A stretch of DNA of 38,973 nucleotides. Origin: a bacterium (GTDB taxonomy: Bacteria; Desulfobacterota; DSWW01). Below the pieces are notes generated by a model. The model was not told the DNA's origin. It did no database searches and saw only the letters and a list, made by a program, of their open reading frames with translations. Of the stretch, positions 24,890 through 34,306 are shown piece by piece. The position numbers and the translations under genes are program-made. How positions within the stretch are numbered: the stretch's first letter is position 1; each line of letters opens with the position of its first letter. The stretch is from assembly GCA_040756235.1 (NCBI GenBank), contig JBFLZG010000023.1:1-38973 (forward strand), in the 5' to 3' direction.

Positions 24890-25760
24890 CAAACGGGCGA
24901 ATCTCTTTTCCCACATAAGGAGGGGACGCGTGGTAGACCCTGTCCACGACGATGGCTCCCCAGTTGGCGTTGACTTCCCGAAAAGTGCCTTTGATTTGGA
25001 AGGCAACCGGTTCCAGCGTGATGACCGAGGCCGCCGTCCGCACGCCTTCGCGCAGCTCGCGCAACGCTTCCGCCATCGGCTGCTTGGGAAACAGGAGCAC
25101 GTCCGGCGCGGCGGGCTCCAGGGCCATGACCGGAACGGCGCACGGGTATCCCTGAGGGTCGAGGAAGGAGATCGCCTTGACCGCCGCGATCCGCGCGAAC
25201 TTCTGCGCAACCAGCGGGTGCAGCATCTTGCGGCCCGCGGACAGCCGCCGGGCCGGGCCTCTGTGAATCTTCGAGGCCAGATGGCCCGAGACGACGGCCA
25301 GCCTGGACCATTGGAACGGCTCCGGGGCGCCCGCGATGCGGATGGCGCCCGCGCTGCGCACGCCCATGTAAGCGTTGTAGCGCAAGGTGGGCGACGCGTT
25401 CACGATGTCCACGTGCTCGCCGGTGGTCCGGAAGCCGTCGAAGCGGCCGCGTACCGTGGCCCCGTAGAGGCCCTTGGTGAAGACGGCCACGGAGACCCGC
25501 GGGTCCTCCTTGAGGTTCCTCTCGGTCTTGCACATGAAGAAGTTGCCGAAGATTAGCGTCCGGCGATCGAAAGGCTGAACGGAGATGATCGGGACGACGT
25601 TCGGGGTGCCGTCTCGGTCTCGGGTGGCCATGAACTTCGGGGTCATGTCGCCCTTGAACGCCTCCAGGAGCCGGTCGTCCAGCTCCGGCTCCGTTCGGCC
25701 CGCCGCAGGAGGATCCGGTGGTTCGCGCGTCTGCTGAGTCGAGACGGTAAGAGACGCCAT
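24876..25760 (-). CDS. Pyridoxamine 5'-phosphate oxidase-like (split-barrel) protein with two tandem domains
   Basis: MATRDRDGTPNVVP and KTERNLKEDPRVSV, then a second repeat ISFLDPQGYPCAVP...FQIKG. RBS GAAGGGA. Confidence 0.8.
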   Translation of the reverse strand: MASLTVSTQQTREPPDPPAAGRTEPELDDRLLEAFKGDMTPKFMATRDRDGTPNVVPIISVQPFDRRTLIFGNFFMCKTERNLKEDPRVSVAVFTKGLYGATVRGRFDGFRTTGEHVDIVNASPTLRYNAYMGVRSAGAIRIAGAPEPFQWSRLAVVSGHLASKIHRGPARRLSAGRKMLHPLVAQKFARIAAVKAISFLDPQGYPCAVPVMALEPAAPDVLLFPKQPMAEALRELREGVRTAASVITLEPVAFQIKGTFREVNANWGAIVVDRVYHASPPYVGKEIRPFGGCR

Positions 25761-25797
25761 CGCGGTCCCTTCTTGTTTCTTTGCCTGGTGCGAGCGG

Positions 25798-28200
25798 TTA
25801 CATCGAGTGCGCGTGCCGGCAGATGATCTCGTCCTGGATTTCCTTGCCGAGGGTCACGAAATAGGCGTTGTAGCCGGTGACCCGCACCAGCAGGTTCTTG
25901 TACTCGTCCGGGTGCTTCTGAGCTTCCCGCAGGGTCTCGGCGTCCACGATATTGATCTGCAGAGCCGAGCCGCCCCGCTCGATGTACGCCTTGAGGAGCG
26001 AGATGAGCTTCTGCCGGTGCTCTTCACCCCGGACCAGCGAGGGAGAGAGACTGATCGTGTGAGACCCGCCGTTCGGGATGGTCGGCCATCCGAGCTTGCC
26101 GACGGAGTTGATGACCGACGTCGGTCCCTGGCGGTCGGCGCCGTTCACCGGGCAGACGCCGTTGGAGAGGAAGCTGCCGCGCCTGCGGCCGTCCGGCGTG
26201 GCCGCGGTGCGGGGCGCGTAGCTGATCCAGTAGTTCCAGGAGAGGTAGCCGGCCCGGTAGCGGCGCCCCGTGAAAGGCGAGGTGTAGCGGACCACGGCCT
26301 CGGACCAGAATCTGGACACCCGCTCGGCCAGCTCGTCCGCGTACGGGTCGTCGTTGCCGTACTTGGGCGCCTTGTTGAGGAGCTGCTGGCGGAGACGCTC
26401 GTGGCCCTCGAAATTCGCCGCAACGGCCCGGACCAGCTCCTCCATCCGAATCTTCTCTTCCTCGAAGACGAGCTTCTTCACCGCCAGGAGGGAATCGACC
26501 GTAGTGGCGAGGGCCACGCCTTCCATGGTGATGAAGTTGTGCTGCGCTCCGCCCTGGTTGATGTCCTTGCCGGAGGCCTCGCAGCCGCGCACCAGAGCGG
26601 ACAGATAGGGCACCGGTTCGTAGCGGGCCCGGATCTCGTCGGACAGATTGTAGGTCTCGATCAGCTTGCCCATGATCTTCAGGGTTTGCCGTTCGTAGGC
26701 CTTCCAGAAGTCCTCGAAGCTTCTGAAGCCGGAGGGATCGCCGGTCTTGGGTCCCGCCTGCCTCCCTGTGGCCTGGTCCTTTCCGTTCAGGAGGACCAGC
26801 TCCAGCGCCTTGGCGAGATTCACGTTCACGTCCACGGTACCGGACCGGTCGTTCCCCTGCATCGTGTTCTCCAGGCAGCCGACCGGCGCGTAGTCCCAGA
26901 GCCGCTCCTTGGGAAGCCCGATCCATTCGAGGGCGCGCATGCTCGTCTCGTCGAAGTTCAGGAGAAACGGGGCGCCCTGGGCCTTGGAGAGGATCTCGAC
27001 TGCGCGCTCGAGAAGCTTCTGGGGCGACCCGCGGTGGAGACGCAAGTTGGGTTTGGGCTCGAGAAGGTTGATCTCCTCGATCACGTCCAGGCAGAGATAG
27101 GTGAAATCATTCGTGAGGTCCTCGCCGGCAGGCCCCATTCCGCCGAGGGTGATGAGCTGACCGAAGGAGGAGTTGATCCCCTGGTTGTTTCCGACCCTGC
27201 CCTGGTAGTCGTAGGCGTAGTTGTGTTTGATGAAGAAGCAGGCCAGGAGCTCCTTGGCGAAAGCGGGCTCCAGGGTGCCGGCCTCGACGTCCTCCTTGTA
27301 GTACGGAAACAGGTACTGATCGAAGCGGCCGTAGGACAGCCCGGGCCCCGGGTACGATTCGGCGGCCATGACGAGCATGTGGGTGAACCAGAGCGATTGC
27401 AGGGCTTCCCAGAAGTCGCGCGCCGGCTCCCAGGGGACGCGCTCGCATATGCCGGTCATGCGCTCGAGCTCACGGGCGCGCCCGGGGTCGGGCTCGCGCG
27501 AGGCGAGGTCGTCGAGCGCTGCCGCGTACCGCGCCGCCAGGATGCGAGGCACCTCCACGCTGACGAGCAGCGCCTTGAGGAGCTCTCGGTGGGGCGGGGC
27601 GGCGGTCTCGGCCAGGAGCTTCTCGAAGCGTTCCTTCAGGCCCTTGAACCCGATCCGGAGCACGGTCGGGTAGTCCGGAATGAGGTGGCCGGGCGTGGCC
27701 CCCGCGTTGCCGAATCCGAGAGCGTCGCATTGCTTGAGCAAGCGGACGTAACGCTTCTCCATCCGCCTGAACCGGCGTGCTTCTCCCTTTGTCAGTGTGC
27801 GCGAGAGGGCGGTGTTGAACTGGCCACCGGCGATCAGCTCCCCCTCGAGCACCTGCACCGGGAGACATTTCTCGACCACCTCCCTGAGAAACAGCGCCCT
27901 TCGCAGGACGAGAGGGTTCTGCCAGAAGGCGTCGGCCAGAGGCACGACCCGGGCGTCCACCAGCAAGGCGGTCTTGACGGCCTCCAGGAAAGGATGAATC
28001 TCCGGGGCCACCCCGAAACTGTGCTCGCTGAAGACGATGTCCCAGGGCTCGCCCGTGGAAAAGGCCATGACCTCGTTGCGGAAGTACTCCCGCTGATGGA
28101 AGGAGAAGTACTCGGTACGCAACTTGGAGACGCGGGGAGACAGGGCCTCCGAGGGCGACCAGACGTCGACCTGGGGCCTGTGTCGGGCTGCCATGGCCAT
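25798..28200 (-). CDS. Glycyl radical enzyme (PFL superfamily), non-PFL single-Cys type
   Basis: Gly loop LLVRVTGYNAYF, Cys loop PVGCLEN, plus GRFDQYL, APKYGNDD and ATPDGR. 800 aa from ATG 28200. Confidence 0.92.
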   Translation of the reverse strand: MAMAARHRPQVDVWSPSEALSPRVSKLRTEYFSFHQREYFRNEVMAFSTGEPWDIVFSEHSFGVAPEIHPFLEAVKTALLVDARVVPLADAFWQNPLVLRRALFLREVVEKCLPVQVLEGELIAGGQFNTALSRTLTKGEARRFRRMEKRYVRLLKQCDALGFGNAGATPGHLIPDYPTVLRIGFKGLKERFEKLLAETAAPPHRELLKALLVSVEVPRILAARYAAALDDLASREPDPGRARELERMTGICERVPWEPARDFWEALQSLWFTHMLVMAAESYPGPGLSYGRFDQYLFPYYKEDVEAGTLEPAFAKELLACFFIKHNYAYDYQGRVGNNQGINSSFGQLITLGGMGPAGEDLTNDFTYLCLDVIEEINLLEPKPNLRLHRGSPQKLLERAVEILSKAQGAPFLLNFDETSMRALEWIGLPKERLWDYAPVGCLENTMQGNDRSGTVDVNVNLAKALELVLLNGKDQATGRQAGPKTGDPSGFRSFEDFWKAYERQTLKIMGKLIETYNLSDEIRARYEPVPYLSALVRGCEASGKDINQGGAQHNFITMEGVALATTVDSLLAVKKLVFEEEKIRMEELVRAVAANFEGHERLRQQLLNKAPKYGNDDPYADELAERVSRFWSEAVVRYTSPFTGRRYRAGYLSWNYWISYAPRTAATPDGRRRGSFLSNGVCPVNGADRQGPTSVINSVGKLGWPTIPNGGSHTISLSPSLVRGEEHRQKLISLLKAYIERGGSALQINIVDAETLREAQKHPDEYKNLLVRVTGYNAYFVTLGKEIQDEIICRHAHSM

Positions 28201-28289
28201 GCGGAAACCCCTTGTGTGCCTGTGACATGAGGGTACCGGGAAAGGCCGCCGCAAATCAAATGAAATCCGGGGAGAAGAGCTCCCAGTTC

Positions 28290-28498
28290 TTCTTCCCTCC
28301 TTTGAAAAAGGGGGGGTCAGGGGGGATTTTCGATCCCGGCTTCTCCATCCGAAATCTCCCCCGGCCCCCTGCGCGAAGGTGTCGATTTTCTCACCTTCTC
28401 CCCACGCCGAGGGGAGAAGGCAAGATGAGGGGTGAATCTGCTCCGCTTCCCCCTCACCCTGGCCCTCTCCCCCGTGGACGGGGGAGAGGGGATTCATT
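28290..28498 (+). repeat. Compound palindromic repeat, family A, copy 2
   Basis: Three hairpins (CCCTCCTTTGAAAAAGGGGGG; CCTTCTCCCC..GGGGAGAAGG; CCCTCTCCCCCGTGGACGGGGGAGAGGG), collinear with 36026-36235. Confidence 0.85.
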
Positions 28499-28508
28499 CC
28501 GGTCGTCC

Positions 28509-28988
28509 CTACGAGCTCGGGAAGGGGCTCGGCACGCCTTCCGGCATCTTTCGGATCTGCCAGGTGCCGTGGACCCGTGCCACCGTCTCGCCGCCGGCGT
28601 CTTTGATCTCCAGGTCCATCGTGAAGTTCGCCTTACCCTTCCGGTCCGCCTCCTGCTGGATCCTTTCCGCCTCCTCGGGCGTCAGCGAGACCTCGAGGGT
28701 CACGTCGGTGACGGCGGGTCTGCGGAAGCGGATCGTGACCTCCGTGACGATGGGCACGAAGCGTGCGCAGTCGAAGGAGGCGCCGTGGATGGCGCCTCCG
28801 GACACCTCTCCGATGGCGAACAGGGACCCTGCATACATCATCCCTACATGGTTGACGTTCCCCTGGATCGGCACGAGGACTTTTGCGTACCGGTCTCTCA
28901 TTTCCAGGACCTTGAGGCCGGTCCTGCGGATGCCCTCGACGCCGGTCTCCACGAACTGGGCAATGGCCTTGTACTTGTCTTCGATCAT
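28509..28988 (-). CDS. Hotdog-fold thioesterase, PaaI/YiiD C-terminal-like
   Basis: GNVNHVGMMYAGSLFAIGE and IRFRRPA. Confidence 0.85.
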   Translation of the reverse strand: MIEDKYKAIAQFVETGVEGIRRTGLKVLEMRDRYAKVLVPIQGNVNHVGMMYAGSLFAIGEVSGGAIHGASFDCARFVPIVTEVTIRFRRPAVTDVTLEVSLTPEEAERIQQEADRKGKANFTMDLEIKDAGGETVARVHGTWQIRKMPEGVPSPFPSS

Positions 28989-29007
28989 CGGCTCCCCCCT
29001 TGGAGGA

Positions 29008-29256
29008 GAGGCTGTCGATAAACGCCCATCTGCGGCGTCGCGCTCATGGCGCGACATGGAGGCGGGGGAGCCTGCCCCGGCGAAGGCCGGGGTCATTGCG
29101 GCTTGACTTCCGTGTACGCCTCATCCCTCAGAATTTGACTCGCGCCGTCCATGGCGCTCGCCCTCCGGGCGCATCATCCTGGCGGATGATGCGTCCAATT
29201 CCGCTATCCTGCGGAATTGTCGCGCGCCTCGCATCTGGGCATTTCTCACCAGCCTC
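29008..29256 (+). mobile_element. MITE-like element, family B, copy 3 (longest form, with nested inserts)
   Basis: GAGGCTGTCGATAAACGCCCATCTGCGGCG...GCATCTGGGCATTTCTCACCAGCCTC. Confidence 0.78.
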
Positions 29257-29315
29257 TCTCGAGGGCATCTTTCGACACCCTGGAGAATGTATGTACCGAT
29301 CCCGGAGCGCCGGCT

Positions 29316-30473
29316 TCACATCTGAATGGCGATGTCGCCAAGCGGGTACGAAGCGCAGGTGTGGATGTAGCCGTGCTTCCTGTCCGACTTCCGCACGAGT
29401 GCGCCCGGCAGCTGATAGACCTCTCCGGACAGGAGCTTGACCCTGCAGAGGCTGCACTCCCCGGACCGGCACAACGTCGGGACGGCGATGCCCCCGCGCT
29501 CCAGGCAGGCCAGGAGCGGCTCCCCGGCTTTCGCCTCGAGCACCTTGGTCCCGTTCAGTCTCACGGCGAAACGGGCGTCCTGCGGCAGGTCGGCGGGCCA
29601 GCCCGGGGCCTTGCGGACGTCCGCGGGCGTGCCGTAGACCTCTTTTCGCAGCCTGCGTCTGGGGACCCCGAGCTTCTGAAGCTCGGGAATGCAGAAGTCG
29701 TACATGGCCTGGGGCCCGCAGACATAGAACGTCTCGTCCCCGAGGGCGCCAAGGGTTTTCCGGATCAGGGCTCCGGTGATGAATCCCTTCTTTCCCCGGT
29801 AGCCCTTCGAAGGGTCCTCGATGACCGGGACATAGCGCACATTTTCGAAACGACGCGAGATCTCCGTCAGGGCGTCGTGGAAGATCACGTCCGTGCACTC
29901 GCGATTGCCGTAGAACAGCCAGACGGTGCGGTCCAGGCCGCACTCGACGACCTCGCGGATCATGCTCATGAAGGGCGTGATACCGCTGCCGCCGGCTAGG
30001 CAGACCATCGTCTTCGAATGGAACAGGGGGTTGTAAGTGAGCTCCCCGGCAGGTCCGGAGGTCTCCAGGAGATCTCCCCTGCGGACGTTGTCGAGGAGGT
30101 GGTTCGAGACGAGGCCGTCCGCGAACCGGCGCACCGTGATGTCGTAGTAGCCCAGGTGGTTGGGGGGCGAAGAGATGCTGTAGGGCCGGGTGGTCCTCAC
30201 GCCGCCGACCGTGACGATCAGGGAGAGGTACTGGCCCGCCTGGAACGGCGGCAGGGCGGCCCCCGTGGAGACCAGCCGGAAGGTCTTGGTGGAAGGGGTT
30301 TCTTCGATCACGTCGGCGACCCGCAGCCTGAGCCGCGCCGGGTGCAGGCGTTCGATGTACGGAAAGGGCGAGTCCTTCTGCGCGGTGTAGTCGAGCCCGT
30401 GTGCGCGGCTCGTCTCGATGGCCTGCACGATCTCCGCGTACCCGTCGAAACTCTGAAGGATGCTCGTTTTCAT
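29316..30473 (-). CDS. FAD/NAD(P)-binding ferredoxin reductase with C-terminal 2Fe-2S domain (PaaE/KshB-like architecture)
   Basis: FQAGQY, RPYSISS, GLVS, AGGSGITP, YVCGP and CRSGECSLC...C. Confidence 0.9.
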   Translation of the reverse strand: MKTSILQSFDGYAEIVQAIETSRAHGLDYTAQKDSPFPYIERLHPARLRLRVADVIEETPSTKTFRLVSTGAALPPFQAGQYLSLIVTVGGVRTTRPYSISSPPNHLGYYDITVRRFADGLVSNHLLDNVRRGDLLETSGPAGELTYNPLFHSKTMVCLAGGSGITPFMSMIREVVECGLDRTVWLFYGNRECTDVIFHDALTEISRRFENVRYVPVIEDPSKGYRGKKGFITGALIRKTLGALGDETFYVCGPQAMYDFCIPELQKLGVPRRRLRKEVYGTPADVRKAPGWPADLPQDARFAVRLNGTKVLEAKAGEPLLACLERGGIAVPTLCRSGECSLCRVKLLSGEVYQLPGALVRKSDRKHGYIHTCASYPLGDIAIQM

Positions 30474-30492
30474 GATGGGATCCTCTCGCAAA

Positions 30493-31992
30493 TCAGGCTG
30501 AGAGCTGGCGCAGGACCGCCCTGGCCGCCGCACCGCCCGCCTCCAGGGTGGGCTGGAAGCCGCAGTCACCCGTCCAGGCGCTCGCGAAGTGGAGCCCCCG
30601 GATGGGGGAGCCGCCGCCGGGCTGGAAGAAAAGGGAATCCTTGGTGTGCTGCTCGAACCCGTAAACCGACCCGCTCGGATGGCCCAGGTAGCGCATGTGG
30701 GTGAGCGGGGTGGCCACCTCGACCTCTTCGATGTGCTGCCTCAGCCGAGGGTATACTTTCTCGGCAGTCCGGAGCATGGCGTCCGCGCACCGGTACTTGG
30801 TCTTGTAGTACTCGGCGGGTGGCACCCGCAGCCAGGACTCTCCGAACTTCAGAGTGACGAGGCTGGCTTGGCAGGTCCCCTTGGGGGAGAAGTCAGGGTC
30901 CGCCACGTTGAAGCAGCTCATGACCAGGATCTCGGAGCCCGACCCCAGCTCTCTCAGCTGGTTGTACGGGAGCTCGGTGATGTCCGTGTGGGACAGGATG
31001 AAGGTCGTGGATTCGGTGAACCCCACCTCTGCCGGCTCGCAGTCGAGGCCCATGAAGAGGACGAAGGCGGACGGGCTGAGACTGCGGCCCCTCATCTCGG
31101 TAAGGGTCTGAGGCGGCGCTTCCGCGGGCTCGATCAGATCGAGGTAGGTCACGACCGGCGACAGGTTGGAGACCACGGCGCGCGTCGGTATGCGCTCTCC
31201 GTGTTCCGTGACCACGGCTCGAATCTCCCCCCGCTCGACCACGATCTGCCGCGCCGCGCAGTTGAACCGGACCTTTCCGCCGCTCTCGAGGAATCTCGCC
31301 ACGAGCGCGTTGGACAGGGCCTGGGATCCGCCCTTGATGTGAAAGGGCTTGAACTCGATGTAAGTGAAAAAAAGGATGGCCAGGTAGGCGAAGGCCATGC
31401 GGTTGGGCGGAAGCCCGAGATAGCCCCAGTAGACGGACAGGACCGCCTTGAGGAGCGGATCGGTGAAGAACTCGTCCAGGACCTCTTTCGAGCTCCTCAG
31501 CGCATACCGGAAGAAGAGGGGGTACTTCTCCCGGGAGGCCTCCGGATCCTTGAAATAGACGACGTTCAGCATCTGGCTCGAAAACTGGTAGATCATCTCG
31601 AAGAATCGAGCGATCGCTTCTTTCTCGCCCGGGAACTGACTCTGGAGCTCGTCGAGCACCTTGGGTCTGTCCGCCTTGAGCCGAACGTCGAACACGCCCG
31701 GAAGCACGGCCCGATAGAGATCGGACATCTCCACGAACTCCAGGTCCCCGACCACCCCCAGGTTGGACAGGAGCCCTCGAAGAGGGCCCGGTTTCGCCTC
31801 GGTCCCCAGACCGCTCAACTGGTGCAGGGCCACTTCGAACTCGAACCGGCCCCTGCAGAAGCTCGTGGCGCACCCTCCGGGGATGTTGTGCCTCTCCAGC
31901 AGGAGGACCTTGAGGCCCTTGCGGGCCAGGGCCGTGCTTGCGGTCAACCCGCCGTTGCCCGCACCGATCACGACCGCATCGTATGCGTCCAT
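30493..31992 (-). CDS. Phytoene desaturase / retinol saturase-family FAD oxidoreductase
   Basis: VIGAGNGGL, LERHNIPGG, KGGSQALS and EVATPLT...GSVYG. RBS AAGGAG. Confidence 0.88.
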   Translation of the reverse strand: MDAYDAVVIGAGNGGLTASTALARKGLKVLLLERHNIPGGCATSFCRGRFEFEVALHQLSGLGTEAKPGPLRGLLSNLGVVGDLEFVEMSDLYRAVLPGVFDVRLKADRPKVLDELQSQFPGEKEAIARFFEMIYQFSSQMLNVVYFKDPEASREKYPLFFRYALRSSKEVLDEFFTDPLLKAVLSVYWGYLGLPPNRMAFAYLAILFFTYIEFKPFHIKGGSQALSNALVARFLESGGKVRFNCAARQIVVERGEIRAVVTEHGERIPTRAVVSNLSPVVTYLDLIEPAEAPPQTLTEMRGRSLSPSAFVLFMGLDCEPAEVGFTESTTFILSHTDITELPYNQLRELGSGSEILVMSCFNVADPDFSPKGTCQASLVTLKFGESWLRVPPAEYYKTKYRCADAMLRTAEKVYPRLRQHIEEVEVATPLTHMRYLGHPSGSVYGFEQHTKDSLFFQPGGGSPIRGLHFASAWTGDCGFQPTLEAGGAAARAVLRQLSA

Positions 31993-32006
31993 GTCGACTC
32001 CTTCCT

Positions 32007-32666
32007 TCACACGCCTCTGTTCACTGTGGCGGCCTGCGGATGGCCCTCGACAGGCTCGACCCTCCCCGCCCGTATCTCGTGAACGAGATCCTCCACAGTT
32101 CTGACCGGCCTCATAAACCGGGTCCCGGCAAGGCCTACCTGCCGGAGCTCGTGCGCGTCGCTCCCGCCCGTCGTAGGCACATTCAGCCTCGTTGCGGCCC
32201 TTCTGGCCTTCTCTCTGGCCGCAGCGTCGTGGTCCGGATGATGGGATTCGACGGCGTCCACGGGAAGATGGCAGAGGTCGTCGCCGATCCCGTGGTAGCC
32301 GACCCCCAGCCGAGACGGCTTGAACGGATGGGCGGCCACGATGATGCCGCCGCTCCCGTGCACCTGCTCGATCAGCTCGCGCGCAGAGGCTGCGCTTCCC
32401 AGACTGTGCTTCAACCCGAAGACCAGGAAGTCCTGCCTGCGGCCGTTGAACAAGCAGGTCACCTCCTCTCCTGCAAGGATGACGAGCCCGCTTGCCCCCG
32501 CGCGCTCGCGCAGCGGCGCCAGCTTCTGCTCTTGCCAGAGGATTCCGTGCTCGGTCAGGGCGACGCCGTCGAGACCCACCTCGCCGGCCCTGGCAATCAA
32601 GTCCATAGGCTCGATAAGGCTGCAGCCCGAGTGACGCCTTGTGTGCACGTGCAGATCGATGATCAT
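32007..32666 (-). CDS. PHP-domain metal-dependent phosphoesterase
   Basis: IDLHVHT, LTEH, AAHP and GGSDAH. Confidence 0.88.
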   Translation of the reverse strand: MIIDLHVHTRRHSGCSLIEPMDLIARAGEVGLDGVALTEHGILWQEQKLAPLRERAGASGLVILAGEEVTCLFNGRRQDFLVFGLKHSLGSAASARELIEQVHGSGGIIVAAHPFKPSRLGVGYHGIGDDLCHLPVDAVESHHPDHDAAAREKARRAATRLNVPTTGGSDAHELRQVGLAGTRFMRPVRTVEDLVHEIRAGRVEPVEGHPQAATVNRGV

Positions 32667-32717
32667 CTCGGGTCGTCAGTCTCCCGCCGGCTTTCGCCGC
32701 AGCCCAGGGGGTGCCGT

Positions 32718-34022
32718 CTACTTGCAGAATTTCTGAAAGCCGGCCATGGAGAAATCGTTGGGGTCCACGTTGGCGAACATGGTCCAGACGTTCCTCGGGC
32801 CGCAGTTCTCGGTGATGGTGGCATGCTCGGCGCGCTCGTCCACGATGTTCTGGCCTGCGACCGCGACGAGCGCCATGCTCTTGTCTTCACTCTGACAGAA
32901 GAAGTTCACCATGTAGAGGGTCTTCCAGTACTTGCCGCTGCGGTCGTAGATCACCTTGTAGGTCGTTGCGTACGTCTCGGGGTCGACCCAGATGTAATGG
33001 GTGCCGTAGTTGTAGTAGCGGTCCTTGGGCGTCATTTCGATCACGTAGAGAGGCCGCTTGACCCAGACCAGGTTGGTCGGGGCCCAGGGCGCCCCGGTCC
33101 AGCCCTCCTTCTGGTATCCGTAGATCACCGGTTTGACGTCCGTGGTGGTCGTCCACTCGCCCTTCTTGTTCTGTACGAACGGGTAGATCCGCGTGTCGAG
33201 CCATGGGATAACGGCATCTTGCACGCGCAGCAGCTTCCAGTCAAAGGCCGTGACCTTGCCGTCGTACCCGTTGGCGTCGTCCACGCATTCGTCCGAACCG
33301 ATGAACGTGTCGGAGCGGTTAGCGGTGCTCATCCGGCGCACCCTGCGGATGGCCGGGACATAGCCGAAGGTGTTGTCCGGGGTGGTGGGCGACAGGTAGC
33401 GCCAGAGCATGATGGCGGTCCCTGCGATGTCGAAGGGAGTCTTGACGAGCAGAATGGAGTAACGCTCGATCCCGGCCGGGTTCGGCATGTCCTTGGCTCC
33501 GGGGTGACAGGTCATGGATACAGACTGCCACTGGGCTTCTACCTCCCGCTCGAACCCGGACCTTCCGACCCAGATGAGCTGGAAGTTGAACCGGAAGCTT
33601 CCGTAGGCATGCTGCATGTACTGGTGATTGTACATGAGCTTGTGCACGACCTTCGGGTCCTTGGGGTCGATGTCGGGGAAGGGCATGCCGAGGATGTAGC
33701 CGGCCCTCTGTCCGGACGGCCGGTCGAGGATCCCGCCTTCGGCGTCGATGTCGTAGCGGTCGCGGTTCGACTGGAAGGAGTCGAGGAGGTAGCGGGGATG
33801 CATCTGCCGGGGGTCGATCCTGGATTCCCCGATATCGAGTACGAAGTCGCCCTTCTTGACCCAGTTGAGCACCGGCTCGGGCAGAAGACCCTCGGCTTTC
33901 TGCCAGGAGCCCTTGTCGACCACGTCCCCCGGGGAAACGTCGGCATGGGCCGAAGCTCCCGTGGCCAAGAGGATAATCCCCGCAACCGGCAGAAAGCTCC
34001 GTGCCCGTCCGATCCGTGTCAT
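32718..34022 (-). CDS. DUF1329 periplasmic protein (LolA-like C-terminus)
   Basis: Signal peptide, GMPFP, YVPAIRRVRR, GSDECVDD and YDRSGKYWK. RBS AAGGAG. Confidence 0.85.
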   Translation of the reverse strand: MTRIGRARSFLPVAGIILLATGASAHADVSPGDVVDKGSWQKAEGLLPEPVLNWVKKGDFVLDIGESRIDPRQMHPRYLLDSFQSNRDRYDIDAEGGILDRPSGQRAGYILGMPFPDIDPKDPKVVHKLMYNHQYMQHAYGSFRFNFQLIWVGRSGFEREVEAQWQSVSMTCHPGAKDMPNPAGIERYSILLVKTPFDIAGTAIMLWRYLSPTTPDNTFGYVPAIRRVRRMSTANRSDTFIGSDECVDDANGYDGKVTAFDWKLLRVQDAVIPWLDTRIYPFVQNKKGEWTTTTDVKPVIYGYQKEGWTGAPWAPTNLVWVKRPLYVIEMTPKDRYYNYGTHYIWVDPETYATTYKVIYDRSGKYWKTLYMVNFFCQSEDKSMALVAVAGQNIVDERAEHATITENCGPRNVWTMFANVDPNDFSMAGFQKFCK

Positions 34023-34152
34023 AGGCTTGCTCCTTTCATGCGTTTTTCCGAGCGGTCGCCCTTGCCCGGCAGCGACGTGGCGCCCGGTATCAACTATCGG
34101 AGAGGTGCCTCGCTTCGCTCGGGATTCAGATCGCCACGCTCGCAATAGGCTC

Positions 34153-34180
34153 GTAGGGGCGTATGGCCATACGCCCCTAC
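34153..34180. repeat. GTAG-type REP palindrome
   Basis: GTAGGGGCGTATGGCCATACGCCCCTAC, a perfect inverted repeat. Confidence 0.75.
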
Positions 34181-34306
34181 AAACGGCGCGCGCTCGCGAT
34201 ATTCAGGCTCTTGCTCCATCGGGCCGTGTCCCGGTCGTACCCGGCACAGAATACGTCGCCTTAACTCACGAATCGGTGCACCAAGGTCGTCCGGCCGGTG
34301 CGTGCA

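Noticed and set aside
25798..28200. Calling the GRE pflB or bssA
   Set aside because: It lacks the PFL Cys-Cys pair, and the small subunits and activase expected for fumarate-adding enzymes are absent.
28201..28497. Repeat-derived N-terminal extensions (GRE; also 14854-14967, 28989-29096, 37395-37709)
   Set aside because: These translate palindromic repeats or MITEs. Downstream starts with RBS-like sequences fit family lengths better.
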